A DNA stretch of 64,000 nucleotides from Octopus vulgaris (GCA_951406725.2 OX597837.1:18414001-18478000); one strand, 5' to 3'. Numbered from the stretch's first letter, positions 1 through 12,606 are shown. Numbers and translations: made by a program. The notes: generated from the sequence alone by a model not told the origin.

Positions 1-260
1 TTTCTATTTGTTCTTGTATTGTTGTTTAGCCCCAGGTCATCTCTGACTGAGTAGACCCATGATCAAAAGAATTCCTGCATGATTATCATGTTTCTGTAAT
101 ATCAAGGATTATATTATTGACTGTGTAATTTTGGGAAGAACTGACTACTATATCTAACAATTTGGGTAGTGCCTTAGGCAGGTGTCATCTACTAAAGCCT
201 TGAGTAAACTAAAGCCTTGTGAGTGTATTTAGTAGATGGCAACTGGATGAAACCCATTGG

Positions 261-293
<33 letters not shown>

Positions 294-1064
294 CACATGT
301 ATATATACGTGCCTGCATGTGTCTGTGCGTGCATGCATATGTGTGTATGTGAGTGTGTAAGTGTGCCCTTGTCATATGGTTGTTGAAAATAAGCATCATT
401 GTCATACAGCAATGATGTTCATTTCTAGTCTTCAATGAAAAGCATGTTTGGACTTGGGGAAATTTTGCCTTACTTGGAAATAGTTGAGGGTTAGCAACAG
501 GAAGAGCATCTGGTTGTAGAAAATCTTCCCCAACAAAATACTGTCTGACCCATTATGCAAGCATGGAAAAGTGCTGTGCAGGTCACATATTTTACATGTT
601 AGACTGCTGGCTTTCAAAGAAACTGTTCTATGATGAACTCTAGCATGTTAAACACTCCCAAAGAAATCAGAAAAAGCTCTATGAAAACATACAGAAAGCT
701 TCACTGAAGGCCTTCAACATAAACTATAAGGAATGAGAGTGGCAGTGTTGGATAGAAGAGAATGGGGAAGAGGAATTTGCAATAGCCACAGGACATGTGA
801 AACCAACAGAATGACTGCGGCTGAGCAATGCAGGCAGGGCAGAAAAGAAAATGCCATCTAATCTCCCAGTGTTGCCCACAGTTCCTGCCCATGAAGCCAA
901 AGACATTGTTTCTGCAGACTGGTCTAATGAGTGACGTGTGCAATCATGAGGCTTGATTAAATAGTCCTTGACAGCTGAACACACATATGTATTCTGTGTG
1001 TGTGTGTGTGTGCCTGAGAAAAAAAACTGGATATTTTCTGAACATAGGAGAGGAGGTAATTACA

Positions 1065-1082
1065 TTATTATTATTATTATTA

Positions 1083-1117
<35 letters not shown>

Positions 1118-1400
1118 TTGGCTTGACTCAGGTTTGGTCTTATTCCTGGTAGGAATTATGTGGGTAGCAGGTTACTACCTGTAATTATAGGTATCTACAA
1201 GTTTTCAGCAGCCTTTCAAGTGCTTAGAATCCTACTGATAATCCTTGCTGTCTTTAAGAGACAAACATTCTCTATGAGCTCTACTGAACATTCTATTCCA
1301 ATTTCCTTCAGCCATTTGTCTATATCTTTGCTTACTGTTCCAAACACACCAATTATTATAGGCATGACCTTTACTGTTCGTATGCTCTAAATTCTTCCTA
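1065..1400 (-). mobile_element. 5'-truncated 3' end of an R4/Dong-like LINE in a (TAA)n array
   Basis: Minus strand reads VKVMPIIIGVFGTVSKDIDKWLKEIGIECSVELIENVCLLKTARIISRIL*, the typical C-terminus of REL-endonuclease LINEs. (TAA)n on both sides. Confidence 0.7.
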
Positions 1401-1440
1401 TTTCAAATTATTATTATTATTATTATTATTATCATTATTA

Positions 1441-1489
<49 letters not shown>

Positions 1490-1539
1490 ACATATAATAA
1501 TAATAAAATATAATAATAATAATAATAATAATAATTAAT

Positions 1540-4335
1540 TATTATTATTATATGTTTGGTTTTTACTTTGTATTTGTTCAAGTTGACTCCAAGAAACCTC
1601 AAGAGACGAGTAGTTAGAAGATCAAATTAGTATTATGACTAGGGTGCCATATATTTGGTTTTGCACAGAGTATTGTTTTAGAGAATGTCTGACAAAGCAT
1701 CAATAAATTAGAAGTTTGTTTTAAAATTTGATTCTAAGATGATAGTCTGATGTTAAGATGAGAGTAAAAGGTGTTTGCTATTATTTATATTTAAAAGTGT
1801 TGTAACAGTTTATGGATTAAAATATTTTGAGGATTACATAGACAATATTTTACACAGGATATGGGCAGTTTACATGAGCGCTATTTTTGAATTTCTTCCA
1901 TTTTGGGATTTTCCTGTATCTGAGCTAGGTAGCAATCAGCCCCTTTTGATATCATTCTTAGGGCACCTATGACAACAGGTATTGTTTTAGTCTTGAGGTT
2001 CCACCTTTTGCCAATATCTATTTCAAGATCTTTATACTTGCTCAGTTTTTGGCAGGTCTTGACAGATACATTTATGTTGATTGGGACAGTTATACCGATG
2101 AGGAGGCATGGTTTTTCACTGAAGTCCTTCAATATAATATCTGGCTTATTTGCATCTATCTTTCTGTCAGTTTGAATGGTAAAGTTCCAAAGGAGTGAGA
2201 TGTGATCATTTTCAAGCACTGGCAGTGGTTTGTGTTCACAATCAGTTTTTGTTATGGGACAGGTCCAGGTCTTTGTAAATTACCCAGTGAATATATTGTG
2301 TTGCTCTATCATGGCTGTTGAGATACTCTGTAGGCGCAAGAAGACTGCACATGGAGACAGCATGATCAATGGTTTTATTTTGTTGTTTACATACATAACA
2401 TGTTGGGCTACTGCTGTTCTTTAAGATGTTGACCTGGTAACTTCTTGTAGGTAGGCATTGATCTTGGGCTGCTATGATAAATCCTTCTGTCTCTGGTTTG
2501 AATCCAGAAGACACTAAACATTGATGTAAAAGAGATGATTTATACTCTTGTCAACATCGGCATTGTTAGCTCTCTTTGTGTATTTGTCATCGAGAGGATT
2601 TTCTTGCCTTTTATCAGTAAGAATATTTAAGGCAGTAGTTTTAGCACAGGTTTTCATATGCTTAGCCTTTTCTGCACTTGTTTCCAGTACATCTAATTCT
2701 GGAATTAGTTGTATTGGAATTCACTTAGATATTTCTTTGCCTGTTTTGTTCAAATTGACTCTAAGTCTCGCCCAGAAACCTCAAGAGACGAGTAGTTAGA
2801 AGATCAAATTAGTATTATGACTAGGGTGCCATATATTTGGTTTTGCACAAAGTATTGTTTGAGAGAATGTCTGACAAAGCATTAGTTTTCTTGTTTTCAT
2901 GCTTTAAGACAAGTTTTAACATCCAGTCTTCAGAGTTATTCAAGTAGGTGTTTAGGCCAATTGTGGCAATCTTCATTGTTAATTCCAGTTGTAAAAGTCC
3001 ATGGCTACCATCTTCTCATGGCAGGTAAAGTTGTTCTATATCTACCTTAGGGTGGTGCATTCTATGCATTGTCAACAGTTTTCATATTTTCAAGATTACA
3101 GATTTCAGTAATTGACCAGTTAATAATATTGAAACTGTGAGTCACAACCGGTATGGCTAAAGTATTGATTGCTTTGATCTTGTTTCTTGTGTGATGTGAA
3201 GGAAGAAAAAGTCAGAAGCGAAGAGAGAATTATGGTAGTCTTACCTGTTGGTCTGGAGAAAGGGTCACTTTCAACATCCACGTACTGTCTTGATCTGTAA
3301 GGTTCACTCCATGTCTACGTGTGCTATCCATTGCTGTACAGTCTCACACATCTGCTCTGATGTAATGTCTGCCACCAACTTCCCTGATGCTGCATGTCCA
3401 CTGTGGCACTTCCAGTGGGACCCACAGACCCCCCCTTCCGACAGGACATACCTACTCCCTCACTTCCGATCCTTCCCTACAACACAGCCTGACTCATAAC
3501 ACATCTTGCATTCAGCTCTGTCTTGAGTATTGCCCTTACCCTGCAATAACATTCCGTTCCAATCTTTTTCCTCGTCATTGAATGTTTGATTCCATCACCT
3601 TCAAATACCCCTAGGTATCTGTAGCTCTCTGCTGGTTCTAATTCCTTTATAACATTTTGTTGGTCAAGATTAACGTTGGATGTTTCTATCATTTTTCCTC
3701 TGATAAAGGTAGCTTTTGCACATTTATTTAGGTCAGATTCCATCCTGATGTCATCACTGAACTGTTTAACAATTGTTAGTAAGCTCTGTAGTTGTTGGTC
3801 ATTTTTTCCAAAGAGCTTTAAATCATCCATGTTAAAGAGGTGATTTATACTTTTATCACAAATTTTATAGTCATATTGTACATCATCAAGCGCTTTCGAA
3901 AGAGGTATTAAGGCTAGACAAAAGAGAAGTGATGACAGAGAGTCACCCTGGAAAATGTCACGTGAAATTCTTACATCTCCAGCATTGAAAGATTCATTGT
4001 CACTGTTCGAAGTTAATGTGGTTCTCCATGATCTCATACTTACAGATAAGAAGTTTCCCTGAGTAGGTGCTAATTTATAAATTTCCCCAACATTTCTCAA
4101 TCCAGCTTTGTATAGTAAAAGCTTTTTTATAGTCTATCCAGGCTATTGATAAGTTCTTGTGTTGTTTGTGACAATCTTCCAAGATCATCTTGTTGATGAG
4201 TAGCTGATCTTTACAACCATAGGGCCCATGTTTACATCCTCTTTTCCCATTAGGGAAGATGCCACTTCCTATTAAAAAAACTATAGGTGTATTAAGTCAA
4301 GACAGATGTTAGTATTTTATACATCGTTGTTAAGT
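1540..4335 (-). mobile_element. Degenerate R4/Dong-like non-LTR retrotransposon (RT, CCHC finger, REL endonuclease)
   Basis: RT motifs IFQGDSLS and NHLFNMDDLKL; ETEGFIIAAQDQ; C..C.......HAVS.C; endonuclease NKPDII...KLSKYKDL...IPVVIGAL. The 3' end abuts (TAA)n. Several stops and frameshifts. Confidence 0.9.
3190..3503. mobile_element. Solo LTR (~314 bp) nested in the LINE
   Basis: TGT...ACA termini with a 5-bp duplication TCTTG (3185-3189 and 3504-3508). Removing it restores the LINE frame ELNARNKIKAINT. Confidence 0.75.
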
Positions 4336-5299
4336 AGGTTATGGGTCTATAATTTTTTGGTTCATTTAATTCTTCACTTTTCGAAAGTAGAAATGTAATA
4401 CTGTTGTAACATCTGTCTCCAATGTTGTGGTACTGCCACGATATTATGACGGATGATTTAGATACACTGTGCCAATTTTGTCACAGTAAATAAGATAACA
4501 ATGCAGCCATAATAACAACACAACAATCCAACAGTCCTTTATAACCTTAAAAATACAGGATGACCATGGCTGGAATGCTTTTGACCAATGTTCTGCTTGA
4601 CTGAAATTAATCTGGGACTCAGCAACATCACTGATTTAAAATTTTGGCACAAGGCCGGCAATTTCAGGAGAGGGGTTCAGTCAATTACATTGACCCCAGT
4701 GCTCAACTGGTACCTATTTTATCAACCCTGAAAGGATGAATGGCAAAGTTGACCTTGGTGGAATTTGACTCAACAACATTATTAATAACAACAACAATAG
4801 CTTTTAAAAAAAATAGAAGTAAAATAGACATTCACCCTTTTGATTCTTTGAGCAATTCTAGAATTCCAGCACCTTGCCAGTGTTGGGCAGATTTCATTTC
4901 ATCATCTGTCACACCCAATACCTGTTGATGTAGACATTAAAATAAGTATAGTAAACTGAAAAAAGACATTGTGTAGTTTGTATATTTTTGATCTGAGACC
5001 TAAAGGTTGTTGGTTAAAGCTGATAAAGTATCCACCACTATGTTAGAGGATCACTCCTTGTATCCAAGCTCCTTGATTTTGTTTACCTTCTGGATTAAAG
5101 GAAATTACACTGCAGGCTTAACTGAAATTGTAATTATTCTATTGAGGAAGTTGTTTCCTGCCTAACATATAATTATTCTTTTTGGTTAGCTTACTATGCA
5201 GTGTTGCTGTAACTTCTGTCTCATTTACAATGGAGTTTATCATGCATGCCTAGTCAAGTGGGTAAGCTCCAGGGTCTCTACAGTTACAACTGGGGGTGG

Positions 5300-5435
5300 G
5301 CTCCTGGTGTTGTATACAGTGATGATGTTCTTCATACTGGGGCAGTAGCTACATGATAGTTTAATTGAGTGTATGTTAAAGATCTTCCTGTATTAGTGAT
5401 TTTCTAGGAAATGCTTATCTAAAAGAGACAGAATA
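5300..5435 (-). mobile_element. Penelope-like element fragment (RT/GIY-YIG linker)
   Basis: Minus strand reads approximately LSLLDKHF...YRKIFNIHSIKLSCSYCPSMKNII, resembling the PLE motif LIDKHFP....KIFN...K.SYSCM.NM..II. Confidence 0.55.
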
Positions 5436-6676
5436 GAAGACCTTGGCCAAGAACTATGGCAAAATGCTTGTGGTGAGTTTGAATTTATGAACCTTGAGTT
5501 GGTTCATCACCTCTGGCAGATTGTCAAAATCATTAGAGCATCAAACAAAATGCTTTTCAGTATTTCTTTATGTTTTCGAGTCTTGCTGAAGTCAATAAAA
5601 TAAAGTACCAAGTATTATGGTCGATTATATTAACATAATACTTTTAATGTATCCTAAATGTTAATCAAATTCTAGCAGAAGACATCTGTGAGACACATAA
5701 CTTTGCTTGCTTCAATTTGACAACAGGTGTTGCATCTAGCATATGCACAATATTGAACTGATTGCAATCTAACACTATGTAGGAGTCTAAATTTTCAAAA
5801 TCTATTCCCTTTATTTGGCCTTTCATCTGAGACTGTGTTGAAAAAGAAATGATCACATCATAGAAGAGACATTAATTTATATTAAAATTTTTGTTGTGCA
5901 ACTGTGACCTGATCACATTAGTATATATATAAAAAAATCAGATATAACTGTCAATAATAATTTCTTAAATAAATTAAATACTGTAAGCTAATGCAATGTG
6001 AGATGTTCATACCAGCCTCAGATGGGGCTAACCTCTTCATCTTTAATACTGAAAATTAGACATGTAAATATTATAAGAAACATCATAAGAATTCAACAGC
6101 TTTGAGAAATACAAAATAAATCGTTTTTAATGGTGGAACTCAAAGTAGATAATGTTATATACAAAAACATGTATGAAACGACAAAAAGGCAGAATCATTA
6201 GCCTGTTGGGCAAAATGCTTAGCGGCATTTCATCCATATCAATGTTCTGAGTTCAAATTCCATCAAGCTCAACTTTGTCTTTCATTCTTGATAAAATAAT
6301 TAGCAGTTGAGGATTGGGGTCGATGTAATTGACTTACCCCCTCCATCTGAACTTGTGCCAAAATTTGAAATCATATATAACAACATGTAAAGATTGAGTG
6401 AAAAAGAACCTTTGAATGAAGAAAGTTCATGGTTACCTGTAGGATACAAACTCACATCTTCTGTGAACATGTCAGAGTCAATCCAATGAGCAACCTTCAA
6501 CTTTTTCCATCCAAGGATTTCTTTTAACCTAAGATTTACATACTGTTACTTATAGCTTTATCTAATTTGAGTTCCACTGTTAAAAGTGATTTACTAAGAA
6601 ATATTCTTATCATAAGTTGAAGTCAAATGAGAAAATGTTAAAATGGTGTTAGCTGAATTGAGAGCATGGTACTTAC

Positions 6677-6828
6677 TTGTCGGAATTCTAGGGTTCCATA
6701 TTGTGTGTTAAGCAAAGTCAATTCAGGGTCTTCAGTTATCAACATGTGTCGAATGGTACTTTTGCTTCTAGGGTTATCATCCATGGATTTGTGCCAGGGT
6801 ATATGGTCTCCAACATCTAGAATGTTTC
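6677..6828 (-). CDS. SUFU: Suppressor of fused, coding exon 4 (152 nt)
   Basis: atacag|GA AAC ATT... reads GNILDVGDHIPWHKSMDDNPRSKSTIRHMLITEDPELTLLNTQYGTLEFRQ; donor CAA|gtaagt. Matches SUFU GDH..WH and HML.TEDP. Confidence 0.96.
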
Positions 6829-7231
6829 CTGTATGTATATAGGGGTATGCATTTATGTTATATGTATATACACAGATACATATACAAATAGATATAGATA
6901 GATACACTGGTATACACACACACACACAGATACATATAGATTATTCAAGATGCTTATAACTATGTCTGTATAAGTACACACACACACACATATACACAAA
7001 TACATATACACACACATGCACATACACACACACACTCACACATATATTGAGAAAAGAACTATTCATGTATAGCTGAGAGCTATCACCATACCCACTCTTC
7101 CTACAAGTCTCCCTGATGAGTGCTGGGATTGGGTTTTTTCCAATTTCTTGTCTGCAAAACCAATTGGTAAAACCAGCTGAAATGGATCTATAATACTCTT
7201 TTGTACACACACACACACACACACAATCACA

Positions 7232-7271
<40 letters not shown>

Positions 7272-7619
7272 TACATAAGTATACATATGTATATGGACTC
7301 TTCCATTGATTTCAACACAAGAACATCCAGTTGTTGAATCAGCCAGATGGCCTGCTCATTGAAATAGTGCATAACATGGTTGAATATTCCAGAGGCATGT
7401 GCTCCTATTATGTAATTTTCAAGTAGAATCATTCTGATGAATCATGACAAAGCTAGATCTTTGAATTACAAGTACAATTTATCCAACTGACTTCAGCACA
7501 GTTTCCAACGACCCAAATTAAATCACAAGACTTGGGTTGACCTGAAGCTTTGATGAAACACTGGCCCAAGATGCAATGGAGAAGGATTGAAACTGAGACT
7601 TCATGTCTGGCTTTCTAAC

Positions 7620-7756
7620 CTGTTTGAAAGACATAAGTTGCCAATTTATTGAGTAGTGCAGCGGGCCACATTGGAGGGTTACTCTCATTGCCTTTCTTCT
7701 TCAGCCTGAGAGTAAGTTCAAATCCAAATCCACTCAGTTTTCCTGGGCCTGTAAAT
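7620..7756 (-). CDS. SUFU: Suppressor of fused, coding exon 3 (137 nt)
   Basis: tttcag|A TTT ACA GGC... reads FTGPGKLSGFGFELTLRLKKKGNESNPPMWPAALLNKLATYVFQT(G), containing the SUFU SGFGFELT motif; donor G|gttaga. Confidence 0.97.
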
Positions 7757-8342
7757 CTGAAATAAAGTTTGACAGTTGGTTGAAAAAAGTTTAATGTAAA
7801 GGTCTGATGAAACAGAGACAGAAGCAAAATTGGAGAGAGAGAGAGGGGGGAGAGGGGAGACAGAGAGAAGGGGAGGGAGGGGAGAGTGAGGATAGAATGA
7901 CAGAGTGTTGGACAAACAGAGAAATAAATAGATGGAAAAATATTGAGAAACAGACACCTTAAAAACTGAGAGAGAGAGAGAGAGAGAAATAATCTAAATA
8001 CTTCGGTCAACTGTGATCATCCAAACAACTTCCAGATTAATGTGGATTAACATTGTTTATAGAATCCCAAAATTCCATCACCCGATCTTTCAGAGTTATC
8101 TCCCTTGTTTGTCCTGGGTTGCTCTCAGACGTCAAACTTACTCCTAATGGAATTTTTTCCTTCTTATTTGCTTGGCTAATTTTATTTGATCAATGCTTTT
8201 CAACTTACTGTATGACGTATGTGAAACTCTACTGTAGACGTAGTTAATATACTGTCTGCACTCCTGAGGTATCTCACATTTTAGAGAGGAAAGAAAAGGA
8301 TATGAGATAGACATAAATATTGAGGAAGAGGGAGAAAGTCAC

Positions 8343-8399
<57 letters not shown>

Positions 8400-9300
8400 A
8401 ATTAAGAACTAGGAGGCAGTTAGATGGCAGAGTGTTGGTTAGAAAAGTTCAATGTAAAGGACTGATGAAATTATTTCTCTCTCTCTCAGTTCTTAAGGTG
8501 TCTGTTTCACAATACATTTCAGTCTACCTATTTCTGCCTGGTCATTCAATTCTCTCTCTCTCTACTTCTCTACCTCTCAATCTCTAAACTAAAGGGATTG
8601 ATACATAAAAGAAAAGAGGCAGATAAACAGAGAGGGAGAGGAAGACAAATAGGTGAAGATAGGGAGGCAATTATATAAGGTAAGAGAAATAGATGAATTG
8701 AGAGGAAGAGACAAACAGTTATTATTGACTCAGCTAATCCCACTCTCATTTATAACAACAAAAACAACAACAACAACAATAATGATGATTAATAAGTTAG
8801 AAATATAATATACTATTTAATTAGATTCACTACTAATGCTTGACATAGTTCACCTCCAAAATGCTCTTTGGAGATGAACATCCCCAACTTGGAGAAAGCA
8901 ATGGCAAACCATCCCAACATTGCTGCCAAGAAAACACTTTGAGAAAGTCAGAATGAAGTCATGCTATGGCTTCTTTCAATTGAAGAACTTGCACTTAATT
9001 GGAACGACTTTTTGCTGTAGTATCATCAATGTGCTGTAATAGAGTATAATACATGACGGTGAAGACAAGTTCCAATGCAGGCAGGTATGCTGTCAGATCA
9101 ACCCCATCAACAACAAACCACATCATATTATATGTGGCTAGGCTGGGGCAGCACCTTGAAGGGTTTTGTCAAACAAATTAACCCTAGAAATTATTTGTAA
9201 TTCCTGGTACTTATTCTGTTGCCTCATTCTGCCAAACTACTGAACTACAGGGATGTAAATAAATCAACACTGCTTGTTAAATGGTGATGGGAGACAAATA

Positions 9301-9330
9301 CAAACACACACACACACACACGTACACACA

Positions 9331-9425
<95 letters not shown>
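9301..9425. repeat. (CA)n microsatellite (also 19840-20090)
   Basis: Seen directly; explains the spurious CV/HT ORFs. Confidence 0.95.
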
Positions 9426-9790
9426 CCACTCACAAGGGCTTTGATCAGCCTGGGGCTATAGTGGAAGACACTTGCTCAAGTTATTGCACAGTGGGATTGA
9501 ACCCATAATCACATGTTTGAGAAGCAAACTTCTTACTACCCAGCTATGCCTGTGCCTATTTCTGGATTATTCATAAATTAATCTGAACAAAAGAACGATT
9601 TTGAGGAGGAATAAACGATCCCATTGTCAAATAGTTTTGATCTGTCTGTTGATTTGTTCATGAACTTCAACCTTAATTAAATCAATCAACAAAACTTAAT
9701 CCTCTACTGCCAGATTAATTCATATTGTGTTAATATAGCTGAAATTGAAATGCACTTAGTTGATTAAAAAGTTTTTAATCCTTTTACATA

Positions 9791-9823
<33 letters not shown>

Positions 9824-10036
9824 CACACACTCACACACACAGCTCTGTCATAGCCATAAGACTGCAAAAATTTTGTCTAGCATGGTAACAATTCTGCTAG
9901 CTCACTACCTTAGTAGCAGCAGTATTAGTATTAGTAGTAGTAGTAGTAAAAAAGGTCCTTAATATCAAAGGTAATTCATTGTGACCTGGTGTCAAGAACA
10001 TTGATTTCAAATGTAAATACATCTATGCACACCATA

Positions 10037-10080
<44 letters not shown>

Positions 10081-10082
<2 letters not shown>

Positions 10083-10675
10083 CAGTGCCAGGCAGTGGCT
10101 CTCATGGCTTCTGATCTTATGCCCTGATGCAGTGCCAGGCAGTCGCTCTCATGGCTTCTGATCTTAACTGATTGGAAGTGTTATCATGTACATTGTTTTG
10201 TCTTGGTATAAAAGATGGGCAACAGCAAATATTCTGCTCAATACCACAGATTTGCTTGTCAGTTGTTTGACCTTAGCCAGTTGAGTATGTCCCTTAGTGG
10301 ATGACGATATGTGCATCTCTGATCACGAGCAGAAGTAGTGGGGGAGCATCATAGCCATGTGTTGAAAGGAATTCTTTGGGGTTTGGATAATTCACCTCTG
10401 GAAACATGGGTGGTTCGTTCAACATCCTTAAATAACCCTTATTCAAGGACCTTTTGAGTGGGATGGGTTACTCGACCAGAAGAAAATTCTAACTGGGCCC
10501 CACCTGCAAGGTCATGTGCTGTTTATCTTCATATGAGATCACCATATCACGCACATATGGTTGTGATGCATGTGCCTGGTGTACCCTTATCAGACGGGTA
10601 GTCATGATGGGTATACTGGGCTTCATATATTTTACCCCAGTGTCACTTTGATGGCATGCACTGCTCTCTCACTCA
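10081..10675. repeat. ~600-bp interspersed repeat flanked by (TAA)n
   Basis: Bounded by (TAA)n on both sides; the first ~39 nt are tandemly duplicated (10081 and 10128); no coding similarity recognised. Confidence 0.55.
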
Positions 10676-10778
10676 ATAATAATAATAATACCAATAATAA
10701 TAATAATGACGATGATAATGATAAAGGTGATAATAATAGGGATAATAATAATAATAAGTCCAAAATGTCATGTATGGG

Positions 10779-11500
10779 TCTATATTTGAGAGATGAGAAA
10801 TTATGTACATTTTTTACATTTGATGGATATTTCTCCTCATCTTGTTTGTTTCGGCTGATATACTCTCCAGCCTTCTTCAGACCTAAGCAGACCTAGTGCT
10901 GGTATTAAGGAAGGCTAGGCAAATATTAGATTTATAAGCTCTAAAAATCACTCCCTAATTGCCCACAGGCATATGGTGTAGTGGTTAAGTGCACAGGCTA
11001 CTAACCCCAAGATTCTGAGTTCACTTCTAAGCAGTGACCTGAATCATCATCATCATTATCGTTTAACGTCTGCTTTCCATGCTAGCATGGGTTGGACGGT
11101 TCAACTGGGGTCTGGGAAGCCAGAAGGCTGCACCAGGCACCAGTCTGAGCTGGCAGTGTTTTTACAGCTGGATGCCCTTCCTAACGCCAACCACTCCGTG
11201 AGTGTAGTGGGTGCTTTTTACGTGCCACTGGCACAGGTGCCAGAGGAGGCTGGCAAACGGCCACGATTGGATGGTGCTTTTTATGTGCCACCGGAGGCCA
11301 GTCGGGGCAGCGCTGGCAACGGCCGCGTTCGGCTGGTTCTCTTACATGCCACCGGCACTTGTATCACAGCTACAATTTCCATTGATGTTGATCGATTTCA
11401 ATTTTGATTTTGATTTTGAATAATAATAATAATAATAACATTGAAAAATACCTTAGGAATGAGAACCTAGATTTGAAACGTTGTGTTAACAACAAACAAG
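10779..11500. mobile_element. tRNA-headed, hammerhead-motif element (inverted tail plus head and tail), interrupted by an RTE-tail repeat at ~11045-11418
   Basis: Same family as 62605-63141. Minus-strand tail with CTGAAGA-a-GGCTG...CAGCC-GAAAC at 10880-10848; plus-strand A/B-box head at 10968-11040; tail resumes at 11419. Confidence 0.75.
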
Positions 11501-11554
11501 ATAAATTCCATCCACTTCAGAGAATTGATCAAGGATACCCCCATTTAATCCAAC

Positions 11555-11862
11555 CAGATGGTGAGTCTAGTCTGTTCACCAGAGTCCCAACTGATGAAAC
11601 ACTATCGGTGATTCAAGAAAAACTGGTGACAGAATGCACTAGTATACCAATAGGAAACTTGATGGAAATGTTGACCTTCTGTATAGAAACTACCTACTTC
11701 AGAATGGGCACTGATATATATTGACAGGAAGAGGGTTTAGCTATGGGTTCGCCATTATCACTGAAAATAGCAAATATATACATGGAATACTTTGAGAATT
11801 TGGCTTTAAGATCAACACCACTAAAACTGTGATATGTTGATGACACCTTTATATTCTGGCCT
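11555..11862 (+). mobile_element. Penelope-like reverse transcriptase fragment
   Basis: SLFTRVP...TTYF....Y*QEEGLAMGSPLS..IANIYMEYFE...YVDDTF, the characteristic PLE RT motifs, with stops. Confidence 0.85.
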
Positions 11863-11934
11863 TAACTACTACTACTACTACTACTACTACAACTACTACT
11901 ACTACTACTACTACTGATAATAATAATAATAATA

Positions 11935-12177
11935 AAAGGGTGTCCCATTTGTCATTGGAGCATTGAGTTCAATACCACCCAAACTGAAGAAACATCTGGA
12001 ATCTTTAGAAATACCCTACAATCTTGGTGTATTGCAAGAACCGACTTTACCTGGGACTGCACACATATTGCATAAAGTACCGTCTGCCTGAGGTCCTTGT
12101 TGTGACTTGACAGACATTACAAACCCCCGGTGGACACAATATCTTCAGTCTACAACATCACAATATTGGATACTGTG
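11935..12177 (+). mobile_element. 3' end of a third R4/Dong-like LINE family
   Basis: VPFVIGALSSIPPKLKKHLESLEIPYNLGVLQEPTLPGTAHILHKV follows a (TAA)n run. Confidence 0.7.
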
Positions 12178-12186
12178 CAACAACAA

Positions 12187-12231
<45 letters not shown>

Positions 12232-12273
12232 CAACAACAACAACAACAAAAACAACAATAACAACAACAACAG

Positions 12274-12323
<50 letters not shown>

Positions 12324-12338
12324 ACAACAACAACAACA

Positions 12339-12412
<74 letters not shown>
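12178..12412. repeat. Compound (CAA/CAG)n trinucleotide microsatellite
   Basis: ~235 bp of interleaved CAA and CAG blocks, seen directly. Confidence 0.95.
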
Positions 12413-12415
<3 letters not shown>

Positions 12416-12468
12416 TAAATATAAGCAATAAATATCTAAGACAAGAAAGATAAAAGTTGTTATCTTAC

Positions 12469-12606
12469 TGATGTACTCTGTTATCTCCATAAAGGTCAGA
12501 GAAACCATAGGTTACGTAATGCCAGTGTGCTGGTATGCTGTTGTCTTCAGGTTTACCATTGTTACTGTAGATACTGATATAATCCAGGGGATCTGGTCCT
12601 CCCAAC
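12469..12606 (-). CDS. SUFU: Suppressor of fused, coding exon 2 (138 nt)
   Basis: tttgtcag|G TTG GGA GGA CCA GAT... reads (W)LGGPDPLDYISIYSNNGKPEDNSIPAHWHYVTYGFSDLYGDNRVH(Q); donor CA|gtaaga. Phases match exons 1 and 3. This frame is not in the supplied ORF track. Confidence 0.97.

Noticed and set aside
1-6676. Search for SUFU exon 5 (IVGV..EEL..AQ.WNG)
   Set aside because: No convincing match seen by eye; it probably lies beyond the left edge.
12107-12508. Poly-N/S, poly-L, poly-C and poly-A/V ORFs
   Set aside because: They are translations of the CAA/CAG microsatellite in SUFU intron 2, with no splice or homology support.
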